From a phage, in the NCBI GenBank assembly GCA_025832235.1, contig GCA_025832235.1_3649.1: a DNA stretch of 64,000 nucleotides; one strand, given 5' to 3'. Shown piece after piece: positions 54,720 to 64,000 of the stretch (positions are counted from its first letter, which is position 1; each line of letters starts with the position of its first letter). The position numbers and the translations under genes are program-made. The notes under the pieces were generated by a model. The model saw only the letters and a list, made by a program, of their open reading frames with translations, did no database searches and had not been told where the DNA came from.

Positions 54720-54884
54720 TCGATTTTAAGGCCTCAAACGAGGCCTGTGCCTTCATAAATTGTCCTACCCTATGTGATTACCCACCCTGAACAAAATACC
54801 TCTCCAAAATCGTTTAAAATTAAGCTTGACCCCAACATCAGATCTATGTATGATTACCTCACCAACCAAACAGAGGAGATCGTC

Positions 54885-55292
54885 ATGAACAATCTTGCAG
54901 ATGTAAATGTCGAAATTGTTAAACTAAAGTTCTTGGGCTTTCGAGACCCTTATTCTTTAACAGCTATACTAATGGGCACTCACTTCACACCAGGTAAAGA
55001 GTACACAGCCTTCCGTTATATTTGTGGAGATCACGAATCAGCTTATAGTGTGAATACAAACCTCGGCGAGGGATATTTCATCAGAGATATCACAGATCAC
55101 TTATGGGGAATGTGGGAGTTGGTGGAAGAAGAGAATAAATCCCTTCCTAAAGAGATTTGGGTGCACACCTTCCACACAGGTAAGTTTGGAGGTACGGAAC
55201 ATAAGTCTATCCACTATGATGAAGAAAGTGCCATCAAACAACAAGCTGTGCTTGGTGGATCTGTAGAAAAATTTTTTAAATGCGAGGACTGA
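54885..55292 (+). CDS. hypothetical protein
   Basis: ORF track 54774..55292; ATG 54885 follows CAGAGGAG; upstream hairpin AGGCCTC-AAAC-GAGGCCT at 54731-54748. Confidence 0.55.
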   Translation: MNNLADVNVEIVKLKFLGFRDPYSLTAILMGTHFTPGKEYTAFRYICGDHESAYSVNTNLGEGYFIRDITDHLWGMWELVEEENKSLPKEIWVHTFHTGKFGGTEHKSIHYDEESAIKQQAVLGGSVEKFFKCED

Positions 55293-55295
55293 GAA

Positions 55296-55496
55296 ATGGC
55301 TGATTTTTGTAAAGATTGCTCTGAAGAGTTGTTTGGCTTTGACTGCAAAGATTTGGAAGGTCTGATCACTGAGGATCAGTGGAAGGAAGGCTATGCAGCA
55401 CCTGTTATTTGTGAAGGTTGTGGCTATACCTATGTTGACCATAAAGGTAAGCGCGTCAAGCCGTCTGAAGATGGGGCATGTTGGGAGTATTACTAA
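55296..55496 (+). CDS. hypothetical Cys-containing small protein
   Basis: ORF track; CKDC...CEGCGY. Confidence 0.55.
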   Translation: MADFCKDCSEELFGFDCKDLEGLITEDQWKEGYAAPVICEGCGYTYVDHKGKRVKPSEDGACWEYY

Positions 55497-55508
55497 CTAT
55501 AAAAAGAA

Positions 55509-55526
55509 AGGGGCCGTTTGGCCCCT
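55509..55526. terminator. bidirectional rho-independent terminator between convergent units
   Basis: AGGGGCC-GTTT-GGCCCCT flanked by A-rich (left) and T-rich (right) tracts. Confidence 0.65.
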
Positions 55527-55542
55527 TTTTATTTACCCCTTG

Positions 55543-58500
55543 TTAACGAGAAAAGGTTGCGTAGGCTTCTAGACGATACTGCTGGTCACCAGGGAACATA
55601 ACACCTATAGAGGCTGTCCCTAGAATCCTGCCTTCCCTTCCAGACTCCATTCTGAACCCTACCCATCCTGAACTCCTTGCAGCCTCGATGTTGTCGCTAT
55701 ACCCGAAAGTGGCAAGATCGTCAACACCAGCCCCAAACAGCAACTGAAGCTGACTTCTCGGAAGCCCTATAATTTCAGGAATATACGCACCAAAGTACAC
55801 CATCTGCCCTACCTTAGGACCGCTGCCGTACTCCATCGGTTTGCTTGTAGAGAAAGTCTTCATACCAGAAGTACCTGCCGGATTAGGGTATGCCCCGTTT
55901 GTTGCTGTACCTATCCACATTCTCCACTGTGGTGCCATCTGTTTAACAGTAAAAGATGTTGAGGACGTTTTGCGGCCTGCATCATCTGTAACTACAAACT
56001 TTATGGTGACATTCCCAGTAGCTTTAAATGTTACCAGTCCTGTGGTAGCATCCACTGTTGCAATGTTGGTATTGCTACTTTCCCAAGTCTTTCTAATCCC
56101 AGATACGTTGGAAGGGGTAATAGAAGGTTCCTGCATCTGCAGTTTACCGCCCACAATCCCTATGCCGTTGCCAGGATTATACAGTGCACCAACCTCGTCT
56201 ATAATGTTCCCTGCTTTGAGACTATACTTCCTTGAGAAATTGTAGGTTCCGTTATAAGTGTGTGTCCCTGAGAAGGTGACATCTGCCTTCCCGTAAGAGA
56301 TGCAAACCAACGCATACTTCCTGTCAGGCAACGTTTCTCCAGTCTCTGGGTGAGTTTTACCTACCTGGAACACACTCGGGTCAGCAGAGTCGTGACTATC
56401 ACTAACGGAGCTTGGACCGCCCATCAACTGTGACAAACAATTCCTTACCCATGTCCAGTTATTATCGCTGGAGAAGTCCACAGTCAAATCAAACACAACC
56501 CACTCATTTGGCTTCCACACAGGTGTTGTAATGGACTTGCCTACACCACCTCCTTGGAGTGTTGCCGACTGTTCAGTGATCAGGGCCGCATAGGCCAGAG
56601 TTCCTAAACTCAGAGTCTGGCTTGCTGTCCTCACTACCTTAGAATCAGCATCTGTGAAGTTGTTGATGATTTGGAATGTGCCATAAGTGTTTTTACAGGT
56701 AATTCTGGCGTTCAGTGTGTCAATCTTCCTCACATCTGCCATAGCAGTGTTAGACACAGAGAAGTCAGAAGCTTTAGCTGAGTTTGCCGCAACAGCAGGA
56801 TCAACGTTAAGAGTTGCGTTGAACTGACAAGCAGGAGTAACCAGTAGCTTGTTATCGCCTATTTGCTTCCATGAAACACTTTGAACAGGGAGATTCCATT
56901 TAATACCTGAGAAAACCTTAGCAACCCTTGGCCCCAAAGCTCCAGCCCTGTTGTCTTTACAGCACATAGACATGGTGATCGTTGACGGAGTGGCCTGACC
57001 AAATAATTGCTGTGCTTTTGCAGAGGACATAGTGTAGAAATTGTCCTTAACAAACTCATCAGCAGCTAAAGATCCATCAGCTCTCCACCACTGAACCTGA
57101 TACCCTGTTTTGTCCCAACCACCGACCTGCTTCAAGTCCTCCCAGGAGATTTCCAGATCCCCGGTGGTAGGATTGATTGCAGCAGTTCCTGGTGTTCCAG
57201 ATGACCATATTGGAATATCGAACCACGCTGGTTTAACCGACTGCACTGCGCTGGGACCTATTGCGGCAGCAAGTTGCTGGCCCATCAATACGCGAGCATC
57301 TTTCACATAACCCCACTCGATCATAGACCCAGAGTAACCCTCTTTCTTATACGCGGATGACCCATTCAAGTGAATAAGTCTACTTGTGCCGAAGTTATAC
57401 GCCCCACCACCATTATCATCTGCAAAATTGTATATGATTCTATCCCTAATATCTTTCCATGCCCTACCGCCAATCTCGTAGTCATGGTCATAGCATCTTT
57501 GCAGCGTTGTCCAGCAGATGATTGCCATCCTTCTACCGTTACTGAAGCCGAAAGCCTGATCGTTAAGCTCTCTCCACAAGTAGCAGTTGGTGGTCCACAT
57601 GGCTCTGTGAATGTTGTACCAGTTTATAGATTTGGCAGAGTTGTTCCACTGAGTTCCGGGTAATTCAGGCCATACTGCATTAACCAGCATGTCCTCTGTC
57701 CCTGCATCTATCAAGAAGCCTCTCACCTTCTTACCCATACCTACTCTGTCTTTGGCAATCCATGTGCCAAACAATCTCAGTTTTGGACCGTAAACATCCT
57801 CTTCGCGATGCTCAAGAGAAACATACTTTAGATATACCGTAGGGTCACCGTAGGTACCATCACAAACACTTTTATGCATGTTCTCACCAAGGTCCAGACG
57901 GATACCTGTGAGAGTTTTGGTATCATCTGTGAACTTATCTGTCAAATCAAACTCGTACCACCACCACCCGGCTCCAAGTAAAACTTTCTTACAGCGCTTA
58001 GAGTCTGTGTCGGATATTCTTTTATCCCCTGCATATGGTGAGTCTGCAAACTGGTAGTGCAGAGCAACTTCAAAAGGATGTGTGGATGTTCCGTTTTCTG
58101 CAAGAACTTGCTTCCCGATCAGATCGCATTTAATAATCATCACGACACGTTTGTACCCCCAGGTTAACGGAACAACAAACGGATATCTCCCTCCATCCAT
58201 ATTAGCATGTATAGCTGCGAAATTTATGTACGGGTCAACAGCATTACCTAAAGTTTCAGGTCCAGGAATCATCTTGTACTTCTTGACCTGACCCATAATA
58301 TAGTCACTGCCATAGGTTGCAGCCTCGAAGCAAGAACCACTATCAGGCAGTTCACCAGGTCCCCAAAATATTGCTCCGGAACAGTTGTAGAACCACTTGT
58401 TAGGATCATAGTTGTTCTTGAAGGTCTGAACCTCGTTTGCCTGTTTCAACAAGAAAACATGAGTATCTGTGAAGATTGCAGGATTCACTCTTGCCTGTCG

Positions 58501-61179
58501 ATCAGCATATCCAGGTTGGTTAAACCACTGATTGCAAGAATAGTCCCGCATATAGTCATAATCAGAGTATTTGTTGTTTGCATCCTCGTTCCAACACAAG
58601 TTCAGGTTGGTGCCGCCCATGCACACAATATATTCTTCAACGTATTTATCACTTCGGGTGGGAATACCTATGAACCATCTGTTAACAGGTTCGTCCCAAG
58701 CTGTGCGCTCATCTTTAACGCAGATAGCAATCCAGTCATGTGTTCCTGTTTTCTTGCACACATCGCGCTTCATACCGTAGTAGAACTCTTTAGTATTTGG
58801 CTCAGGTGCGCTTATCAGGTAGCTCCACGCCTGGTCTGCATAGGTTCCGTTGGTGCGAGGGTCATGATCAAAGGCATACATGATGATCCTTTCCCCACCA
58901 AGATGTTCGCCAAGAGTAACTTTGACATTCACATCGCCGTAACCGTTGCGAACAACATCCATATTGTCAATAGAGATGCCTCTAGGGGTGTAGGCAATTT
59001 TCAGTGAGTTATCCTCACTAGTGCCACCAAGGGTGATCCCTATGTTATTTGTTGTCCCGTCGGCATATCTTACTGTAGCTTCCCAGCGTATTCCGAAATA
59101 TCCTGCATCATGGCTAACAATTTTCAGTGTACGAGCACCAGAGTTAGGTTTTCCAGGATCAGGCCAAGGGTTTGGGTGTTCGTGAACAGTCAACGATGTC
59201 CCGTTTTGTTCATTGACCTGCAACATTTTACCACCTCTGCCGTTTGGGTTGAACTCCCATAAGGCCTGTGTCTGCACCAAGTTATCATAGGTATTTCGTC
59301 GCTGATTATAAATCTCTTGGGTAACATCATAAGTTACTGATCCAGCATCCATTCTGTGGAGTCTGACCATATACGATGTATCCCCTTCTACTGCAGGCTG
59401 AGCCGCATTCAGCCCAAAGTATACAGTATCATTAACATGGAACTGTTTGTTTCTACCGACAGTATGCCATTTACCATCAGACGGGTACGCTGGGACGATA
59501 GTGTTCCAGTTCAAAGTCCTTGTTGTGTGGGTTCTGCCTGTGCCATGTTTGTCATGATAGGTTATTTTTACAGAGTACAGTCCACGTCTGTTAACATTTC
59601 TGTTATATTGGGTAATAACAACTTCGTTGGCCCCGCCGTGGTTCCAGTTGGTGGAGAATTGGTAATTTGCATCTGTAACAACCGTGCCTGCAGCATTTAC
59701 CAGTTCAATCTTGTCAATAATGAACGTAGCCCCCTCTGGCTGAGGCTTCAATTTCATCTTGACCGTGTCACCAATGTAAATATTGCTAACGCTGCTAACA
59801 CCGTTAACTTCGAAAATATCATCAACACCCCAACTGTCTACTGGGACATTTTTATACCAATTCTCAGGAACCTCTGTGAACCCCTGGCTATTAAGTCTGC
59901 CGCCAAACAGGTTGTTAGATCCTGCAAAACTTCCCCTTGGGATGCCTGACCACCAAAGTTTACCATTAACAACAGTAAAGGTTCCTAAGAAACCTTCTCT
60001 GTGGATGCCTTGGAAATAAACACTCTCTGTCCAGCTAACTGGCAGGCGTTGCTCAACATATTTAGCTGTAGCAAGAGCTTGATAGTGGATAAAATTAGCC
60101 CTAGGGCTATTGTTTGCAGATTGTGCACCAATATCATTACACAAGTTGCGAGAGAATCCACGATACTGTTTAGTGCCATTATTGAAGAAAATGCCACTTG
60201 TGCCATATCCACGAGCCATTATCACCTCATGGGTGTAGGTGATATTTAAGGAACGCCATGTGTCATCTCCCCAGACGTCTTGCCCGTAGAATACGTTAAC
60301 AAGCTGCTGGTCATTGGGTTTGTGCATCCTCTGTGTGGCAATTATTGCCCCGTTAGGGCCACACATAAACCCTTTCCACTCCTCATCTGCAGGAATGCCC
60401 CTCAAATCGTTACGAGTAATCTGCACAGGGGGCCAAACAAGGTCGTTTCTACTGTTATTTCTCAGAAAGTCGTATCCAGCAATCCAGAAACCCCTAGGAC
60501 CACCGAAAATAACAGAATTGTCATGCACCTCGCAGTTGATGCTTGGGTTTTTCCAAGGTCCTGTTTCAGGATTTTCCGATGTCTCACCAATCTTCACAGG
60601 GGTTGCATGCTGATTTTTATCTACATGTAAAGATCCGTAGGTGTTGTTACCAGATCCATACAGGTTAAGTATGCCAGTACCTTCTGCCTCTGCAATAACC
60701 CAGACAGTGTTGTTAATACCGCCCATCACCTCAATAAGGCGTTCTGGGTGGGTGTCAAGGTGCAATCCTTTAACAATCTGCTCTGGGAGTGGTGTCCACT
60801 CGTTTACGCAAACATCATTACCGCCTGCAGCAGTGGATCCGATAAGACCTGCAGTGCAGCCGATGTAGAAAAACTGGTTATCAAAAGTCCGGATCACAAA
60901 CGCGCGGTCTGCTCTCCACACATGATCAACATTCCAGGCTGTTTCGCTCGGATAGTTTATAGGGCTACGATCCCCAGTGCGGCACTCTCCGAACTTGTTA
61001 TAGCCGGTAATATTAAGCTGACCATCATCAAAAAGTATAGCTAAGCTATTTACATAGGATACTGTGTTGCTTGTACCATCACTGTTGTCTATTGGGTATG
61101 ACAGAACAGCAAGTTCCTTAATTCCACCCCTCTTATCGAGGAAATGACGACCAAGTTTTAGCAAAGGGATTGGAAGCAT
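55543..61179 (-). CDS. large structural protein, probable tail fibre / host-recognition protein with Ig-like domain
   Basis: 1878 aa, Gly/Asn/Thr/Trp-rich; Big_2-like segment SNTNIATVDATTGLVTFKATGNVTIKFVVTDDAGRKTSSTSFTV. Confidence 0.5.
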   Translation of the reverse strand: MLPIPLLKLGRHFLDKRGGIKELAVLSYPIDNSDGTSNTVSYVNSLAILFDDGQLNITGYNKFGECRTGDRSPINYPSETAWNVDHVWRADRAFVIRTFDNQFFYIGCTAGLIGSTAAGGNDVCVNEWTPLPEQIVKGLHLDTHPERLIEVMGGINNTVWVIAEAEGTGILNLYGSGNNTYGSLHVDKNQHATPVKIGETSENPETGPWKNPSINCEVHDNSVIFGGPRGFWIAGYDFLRNNSRNDLVWPPVQITRNDLRGIPADEEWKGFMCGPNGAIIATQRMHKPNDQQLVNVFYGQDVWGDDTWRSLNITYTHEVIMARGYGTSGIFFNNGTKQYRGFSRNLCNDIGAQSANNSPRANFIHYQALATAKYVEQRLPVSWTESVYFQGIHREGFLGTFTVVNGKLWWSGIPRGSFAGSNNLFGGRLNSQGFTEVPENWYKNVPVDSWGVDDIFEVNGVSSVSNIYIGDTVKMKLKPQPEGATFIIDKIELVNAAGTVVTDANYQFSTNWNHGGANEVVITQYNRNVNRRGLYSVKITYHDKHGTGRTHTTRTLNWNTIVPAYPSDGKWHTVGRNKQFHVNDTVYFGLNAAQPAVEGDTSYMVRLHRMDAGSVTYDVTQEIYNQRRNTYDNLVQTQALWEFNPNGRGGKMLQVNEQNGTSLTVHEHPNPWPDPGKPNSGARTLKIVSHDAGYFGIRWEATVRYADGTTNNIGITLGGTSEDNSLKIAYTPRGISIDNMDVVRNGYGDVNVKVTLGEHLGGERIIMYAFDHDPRTNGTYADQAWSYLISAPEPNTKEFYYGMKRDVCKKTGTHDWIAICVKDERTAWDEPVNRWFIGIPTRSDKYVEEYIVCMGGTNLNLCWNEDANNKYSDYDYMRDYSCNQWFNQPGYADRQARVNPAIFTDTHVFLLKQANEVQTFKNNYDPNKWFYNCSGAIFWGPGELPDSGSCFEAATYGSDYIMGQVKKYKMIPGPETLGNAVDPYINFAAIHANMDGGRYPFVVPLTWGYKRVVMIIKCDLIGKQVLAENGTSTHPFEVALHYQFADSPYAGDKRISDTDSKRCKKVLLGAGWWWYEFDLTDKFTDDTKTLTGIRLDLGENMHKSVCDGTYGDPTVYLKYVSLEHREEDVYGPKLRLFGTWIAKDRVGMGKKVRGFLIDAGTEDMLVNAVWPELPGTQWNNSAKSINWYNIHRAMWTTNCYLWRELNDQAFGFSNGRRMAIICWTTLQRCYDHDYEIGGRAWKDIRDRIIYNFADDNGGGAYNFGTSRLIHLNGSSAYKKEGYSGSMIEWGYVKDARVLMGQQLAAAIGPSAVQSVKPAWFDIPIWSSGTPGTAAINPTTGDLEISWEDLKQVGGWDKTGYQVQWWRADGSLAADEFVKDNFYTMSSAKAQQLFGQATPSTITMSMCCKDNRAGALGPRVAKVFSGIKWNLPVQSVSWKQIGDNKLLVTPACQFNATLNVDPAVAANSAKASDFSVSNTAMADVRKIDTLNARITCKNTYGTFQIINNFTDADSKVVRTASQTLSLGTLAYAALITEQSATLQGGGVGKSITTPVWKPNEWVVFDLTVDFSSDNNWTWVRNCLSQLMGGPSSVSDSHDSADPSVFQVGKTHPETGETLPDRKYALVCISYGKADVTFSGTHTYNGTYNFSRKYSLKAGNIIDEVGALYNPGNGIGIVGGKLQMQEPSITPSNVSGIRKTWESSNTNIATVDATTGLVTFKATGNVTIKFVVTDDAGRKTSSTSFTVKQMAPQWRMWIGTATNGAYPNPAGTSGMKTFSTSKPMEYGSGPKVGQMVYFGAYIPEIIGLPRSQLQLLFGAGVDDLATFGYSDNIEAARSSGWVGFRMESGREGRILGTASIGVMFPGDQQYRLEAYATFSR

Positions 61180-61227
61180 TGTGTTCTCCAGATAAGAAAA
61201 CCGCCCCGTCAGGAGCGGTTAGATATA

Positions 61228-62973
61228 TTAACGTTGTGCAATTACTACGTCTACGATATCACCAACACCACAATACGTTAATTGCAGCAAGGTAACACTG
61301 TTAGCCTTGTTGTTAATAACAGGTGTTGCCGACAGGATAGCATACTTATCGTGCAAAGTCACGTTGTGACCTACAGCATCCTGAATTACATAGATAACCG
61401 CAGTGAATGGATAAGGTTTATCTTCCGCTGATGTCCCAGGCCACTGTCCTATTGTAAAATCCCCTTTCGCGTGAACAACATACATACTGGCCTGCCCGTT
61501 AGGTGTCCATGTCCCACTGGACGCGTCAACCTCCTCTAAATCAAAATCTACCTTTCCTGCGTGGAAAGTAGGGGCAGTAATGGTTTTACCCGCCTCAATT
61601 TCTTGAGAGGTGGTTATCTTGCCACTGGAGTTAATGCCATTACAGACAAAGTTGACATTAGAGAAGTCAGGCAACCACCCAGTCACCGTGCCGGATATTT
61701 CAAGGTTGTGAACAGAGGTGGTGCCAGTCCCTGCTGCGTTTAAACTGACATCTCCATTTACCTGCAAGTTGCGGGTAACGTTGCAGTTTTCAGAGTTTGC
61801 AGTTGTTGCAGTTAAAGTGGTTGTTGTCAGCTCGGTAATTACACCTTTGTTGGCTGTAAGCCCTTCTCCTTCAAAAGTTGCACGCTCATTGACTCTTAAG
61901 GTATTCAGAGCTATGTTTTGGATAGAGGCCGTACCTCGAATAACTACAGACCCGCCAATCTCCAAATCGCCATTTATCAATGCATCACCAGTGCTTTCAA
62001 TATAGCTAGGGTAGATCATGGTGCCATCGACAGAGTATGTTATCCCTGTAACGGTACCTGTCACCTCAAGGTTCTTAACCCTGGTGGTCCCATCGACCTG
62101 CAATGTCGGTTCGGTTGCTGCCTTCATGGCATTACCACGAATGTACACGTAGTCAAAAAAGTTATTACCCAGACCATCAAAATGCACATCGTTATTATTA
62201 GCCACTGGTTTCCCAGAAGTTATAGTGTCAGCTATAACCCTGTGGGTGGACACTTCATGAGGTTGCAGCTCTGTACTTCTCCAGTCTGCATGCTTAGGAT
62301 CGCTCCACGCAAAAGTAAGTGTAGAAGTATTTGCCGTGAGGATTAGATTCCTAAAGCGTGCAGTAGAATCTGCCCCATTAACAGGTCCATGTAAGGTAAG
62401 GGTGCCACCAACTATAGTGTTAGCGAGTTCTGTAAGACCTTTTACCACCAAAGATCCTACAGTAACTTTCATCCCCTCCATGGCTTTAAATATGCTATCA
62501 ACATAGTCAACAACAAACTCTGTGTTTGCTATGGACTCTGACTTATCGTCCATTGGAGGTGTAGGTACTCGCGGGTCACCTTCGAACCTTGGGCTGTTAA
62601 GTTTTGCGTAGTATTTTGCCATTACTGCAGAGTCGGTGTATAATCTCCAGTTTGGAGATTGTGAAGGATCTGCTGGCATTCTAACCGGGTTAGATTTTGA
62701 TGCTGCTGGGGCGTACCACCACTGAGTGCCTGTATCCCCTTTAAACTCATACAACTGGTTAAAAACTGTTGTGGATGCACCATACGCCCAAGGGATTGGT
62801 GGCGTTTTAAAATAAAGGGTGTCAAGCATGGCTTTTCGTACCGTAGGGATAGTGGTCCCATCCTCTACGACAACTTCATCCACAGCGTTACCGTTGACAA
62901 TCAAGTGCAAACGTTCAGAATCAACAATTACTTGATCTACCGCCTGCTCGAAGCTTGTCATGTCTTGCGCCAT
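61228..62973 (-). CDS. tail fibre-like protein
   Basis: 581 aa; repetitive beta-rich Thr/Gly/Asn segments. Confidence 0.5.
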   Translation of the reverse strand: MAQDMTSFEQAVDQVIVDSERLHLIVNGNAVDEVVVEDGTTIPTVRKAMLDTLYFKTPPIPWAYGASTTVFNQLYEFKGDTGTQWWYAPAASKSNPVRMPADPSQSPNWRLYTDSAVMAKYYAKLNSPRFEGDPRVPTPPMDDKSESIANTEFVVDYVDSIFKAMEGMKVTVGSLVVKGLTELANTIVGGTLTLHGPVNGADSTARFRNLILTANTSTLTFAWSDPKHADWRSTELQPHEVSTHRVIADTITSGKPVANNNDVHFDGLGNNFFDYVYIRGNAMKAATEPTLQVDGTTRVKNLEVTGTVTGITYSVDGTMIYPSYIESTGDALINGDLEIGGSVVIRGTASIQNIALNTLRVNERATFEGEGLTANKGVITELTTTTLTATTANSENCNVTRNLQVNGDVSLNAAGTGTTSVHNLEISGTVTGWLPDFSNVNFVCNGINSSGKITTSQEIEAGKTITAPTFHAGKVDFDLEEVDASSGTWTPNGQASMYVVHAKGDFTIGQWPGTSAEDKPYPFTAVIYVIQDAVGHNVTLHDKYAILSATPVINNKANSVTLLQLTYCGVGDIVDVVIAQR

Positions 62974-62982
62974 GATTTCTCC

Positions 62983-63249
62983 TTAAGCTTTTTGCTCTTC
63001 GTTTTTAACGTGGTCAGGGTGCTGGCAACCCCACCGGAGCGAGATGAATTTGCTAATAAGCTGGGGGCAGGCTACTGAAGGTGCATATATCCACGCATAC
63101 CATTCAGGAAGCGTATCATTATACCCCATATGAATAAACACCCCAGTCATCACCGCCATGCCTATGTTCGACCATAGCTTAGATTGGGATACTTTCGTAG
63201 GGTCATCAGATGCCGCAACCAGTCCCCATAAAAACTGAGTTAGTTTCAT
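62983..63249 (-). CDS. hypothetical protein with hydrophobic segments
   Basis: ORF track; 88 aa. Confidence 0.45.
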   Translation of the reverse strand: MKLTQFLWGLVAASDDPTKVSQSKLWSNIGMAVMTGVFIHMGYNDTLPEWYAWIYAPSVACPQLISKFISLRWGCQHPDHVKNEEQKA

Positions 63250-63260
63250 TTACCCTCTTT

Positions 63261-63998
63261 TTAAGCATAAGATATAGTGATCCATTGACCGTTTACAAGT
63301 TTTTGGATAGCACCTGTCCAGTAATCACCTTGATAAGGGTGTTTATAAGCGTAGTTACCAGAGCACATCACATGTCCAGGGTAGACTCTTGACTCTCTGT
63401 AGGTGGTTTTGAAACGGTTTGCTATCCTTACATCGTCAACCCCTCTACTGGGCATAGGGACAGTAAGGTTACCACTACCGTCTGCGCTGTTACCGTTTAC
63501 CCTGCGGACCACGTTTCTTCCACCAACGGTTGCATATTGGCCTCTAACGGTTTCATCGTTACAATCAACTCTTCCACCTATTTGAGCGCTTCCGCAGGAT
63601 TGTTGTCCGTTAACAGTGGCTCTTGGTATCGTGACCGCATTGGCATTTGCAGAGGAACTTTTTGCATCGTTGCATTCAAGATTTCCTTGGATAGCCAGTC
63701 TTGCACGGTTGGCAGTTATAGCATTGAGCTTCATAGCCGAAAACACAGGCTGCCCACCAGAAGGTTGAAATCTCCAACGGAACCCGTCTATTTGGTGAGA
63801 AGGATCATCAAGGTCTGTGCCGTCAGCACCACCGATGTTGTCCATAATCCAGAAATCCATCGTCGTCTTGTCTGGCGTTATGGTGGTATATATTGCCGCA
63901 CTGTCTGTTGACGCAGATGCAAACTCGATTCTTTGGAGACCTAAAGTTTGAGTCTGAGTCATTATGTCTCCAGACTTGTCAACATATAGATCGTCCAT
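63261..63998 (-). CDS. tail fibre-like / structural protein
   Basis: ORF track; Gly/Asn/Ser-rich; transcription unit continues past window end. Confidence 0.45.
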   Translation of the reverse strand: MDDLYVDKSGDIMTQTQTLGLQRIEFASASTDSAAIYTTITPDKTTMDFWIMDNIGGADGTDLDDPSHQIDGFRWRFQPSGGQPVFSAMKLNAITANRARLAIQGNLECNDAKSSSANANAVTIPRATVNGQQSCGSAQIGGRVDCNDETVRGQYATVGGRNVVRRVNGNSADGSGNLTVPMPSRGVDDVRIANRFKTTYRESRVYPGHVMCSGNYAYKHPYQGDYWTGAIQKLVNGQWITISYA

Positions 63999-64000
63999 TT

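Noticed and set aside
55841-62346. Plus-strand ORFs (55841-56245, 58459-59007, 59356-59949, 61918-62346 and others) inside the tail-fibre genes
   Set aside because: Antisense ORFs within long GC-balanced coding regions; no start context.
1-64000. CRISPR array, integrase/repressor lysogeny module, rRNA
   Set aside because: No regularly spaced direct repeats with unique spacers; no recombinase or repressor motifs recognised; gene content looks strictly lytic.

Overview
This window reads as a 64-kb segment of a virulent tailed dsDNA phage genome with Gram-negative (enterobacterial-type) expression signals: TTGACA/TATACT-like promoters, AGGAGG-type ribosome-binding sites and hairpin+U-tract terminators. 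Everything below is by-eye reading of the sequence and ORF track; no database search or folding was run. Layout: (1) 1-9.7 kb, a rightward array of about 35 small early-type genes, including a ribosome hibernation factor (HPF/YfiA-like) homolog with its own promoter, tandemly duplicated gene modules and several unannotated small hydrophobic peptides. (2) 9.7-12.2 kb, a 2.5-kb ORF-free zone where the two transcription directions converge, carrying five tandem 15-bp iterons, direct repeats and long inverted repeats (candidate origin or packaging/control region). (3) 12.2-30.9 kb, a leftward array of small accessory genes, most with their own promoter followed by a GC-rich 5'-UTR hairpin, a CA-rich spacer and an SD; it includes a macro-domain protein, an HNH-like endonuclease and an SSB-like protein, and is interrupted by a ~1-kb repeat-rich ORF-free island (21.3-22.35 kb). 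(4) 30.9-48.7 kb, a leftward replication/host-takeover module: a T7-gene-5-like family A DNA polymerase interrupted by both an in-frame intein (LAGLIDADG-type) and a 276-nt ORF-less group I intron that splits the catalytic HDE motif, a toprim/DnaB-like primase-helicase, a C5-methyltransferase-like protein, a Dda/RecD-like helicase, rIIB- and rIIA-like proteins, a signal-peptide SleB-like cell-wall hydrolase and a MoxR-like AAA+ ATPase. (5) 48.7-55.5 kb, a rightward module starting at a divergent promoter pair: HNH-like protein, VWA/zinc-metallopeptidase-like protein, HAD-like phosphatase. (6) 55.5-64 kb, leftward tail-fibre genes including a 1878-aa Ig-like-domain protein. No tRNA, rRNA, CRISPR array, integrase or repressor was recognised. 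ORFs without a recognisable motif are listed with ORF-track coordinates, adjusted only where an internal start with a better SD was verified by hand.
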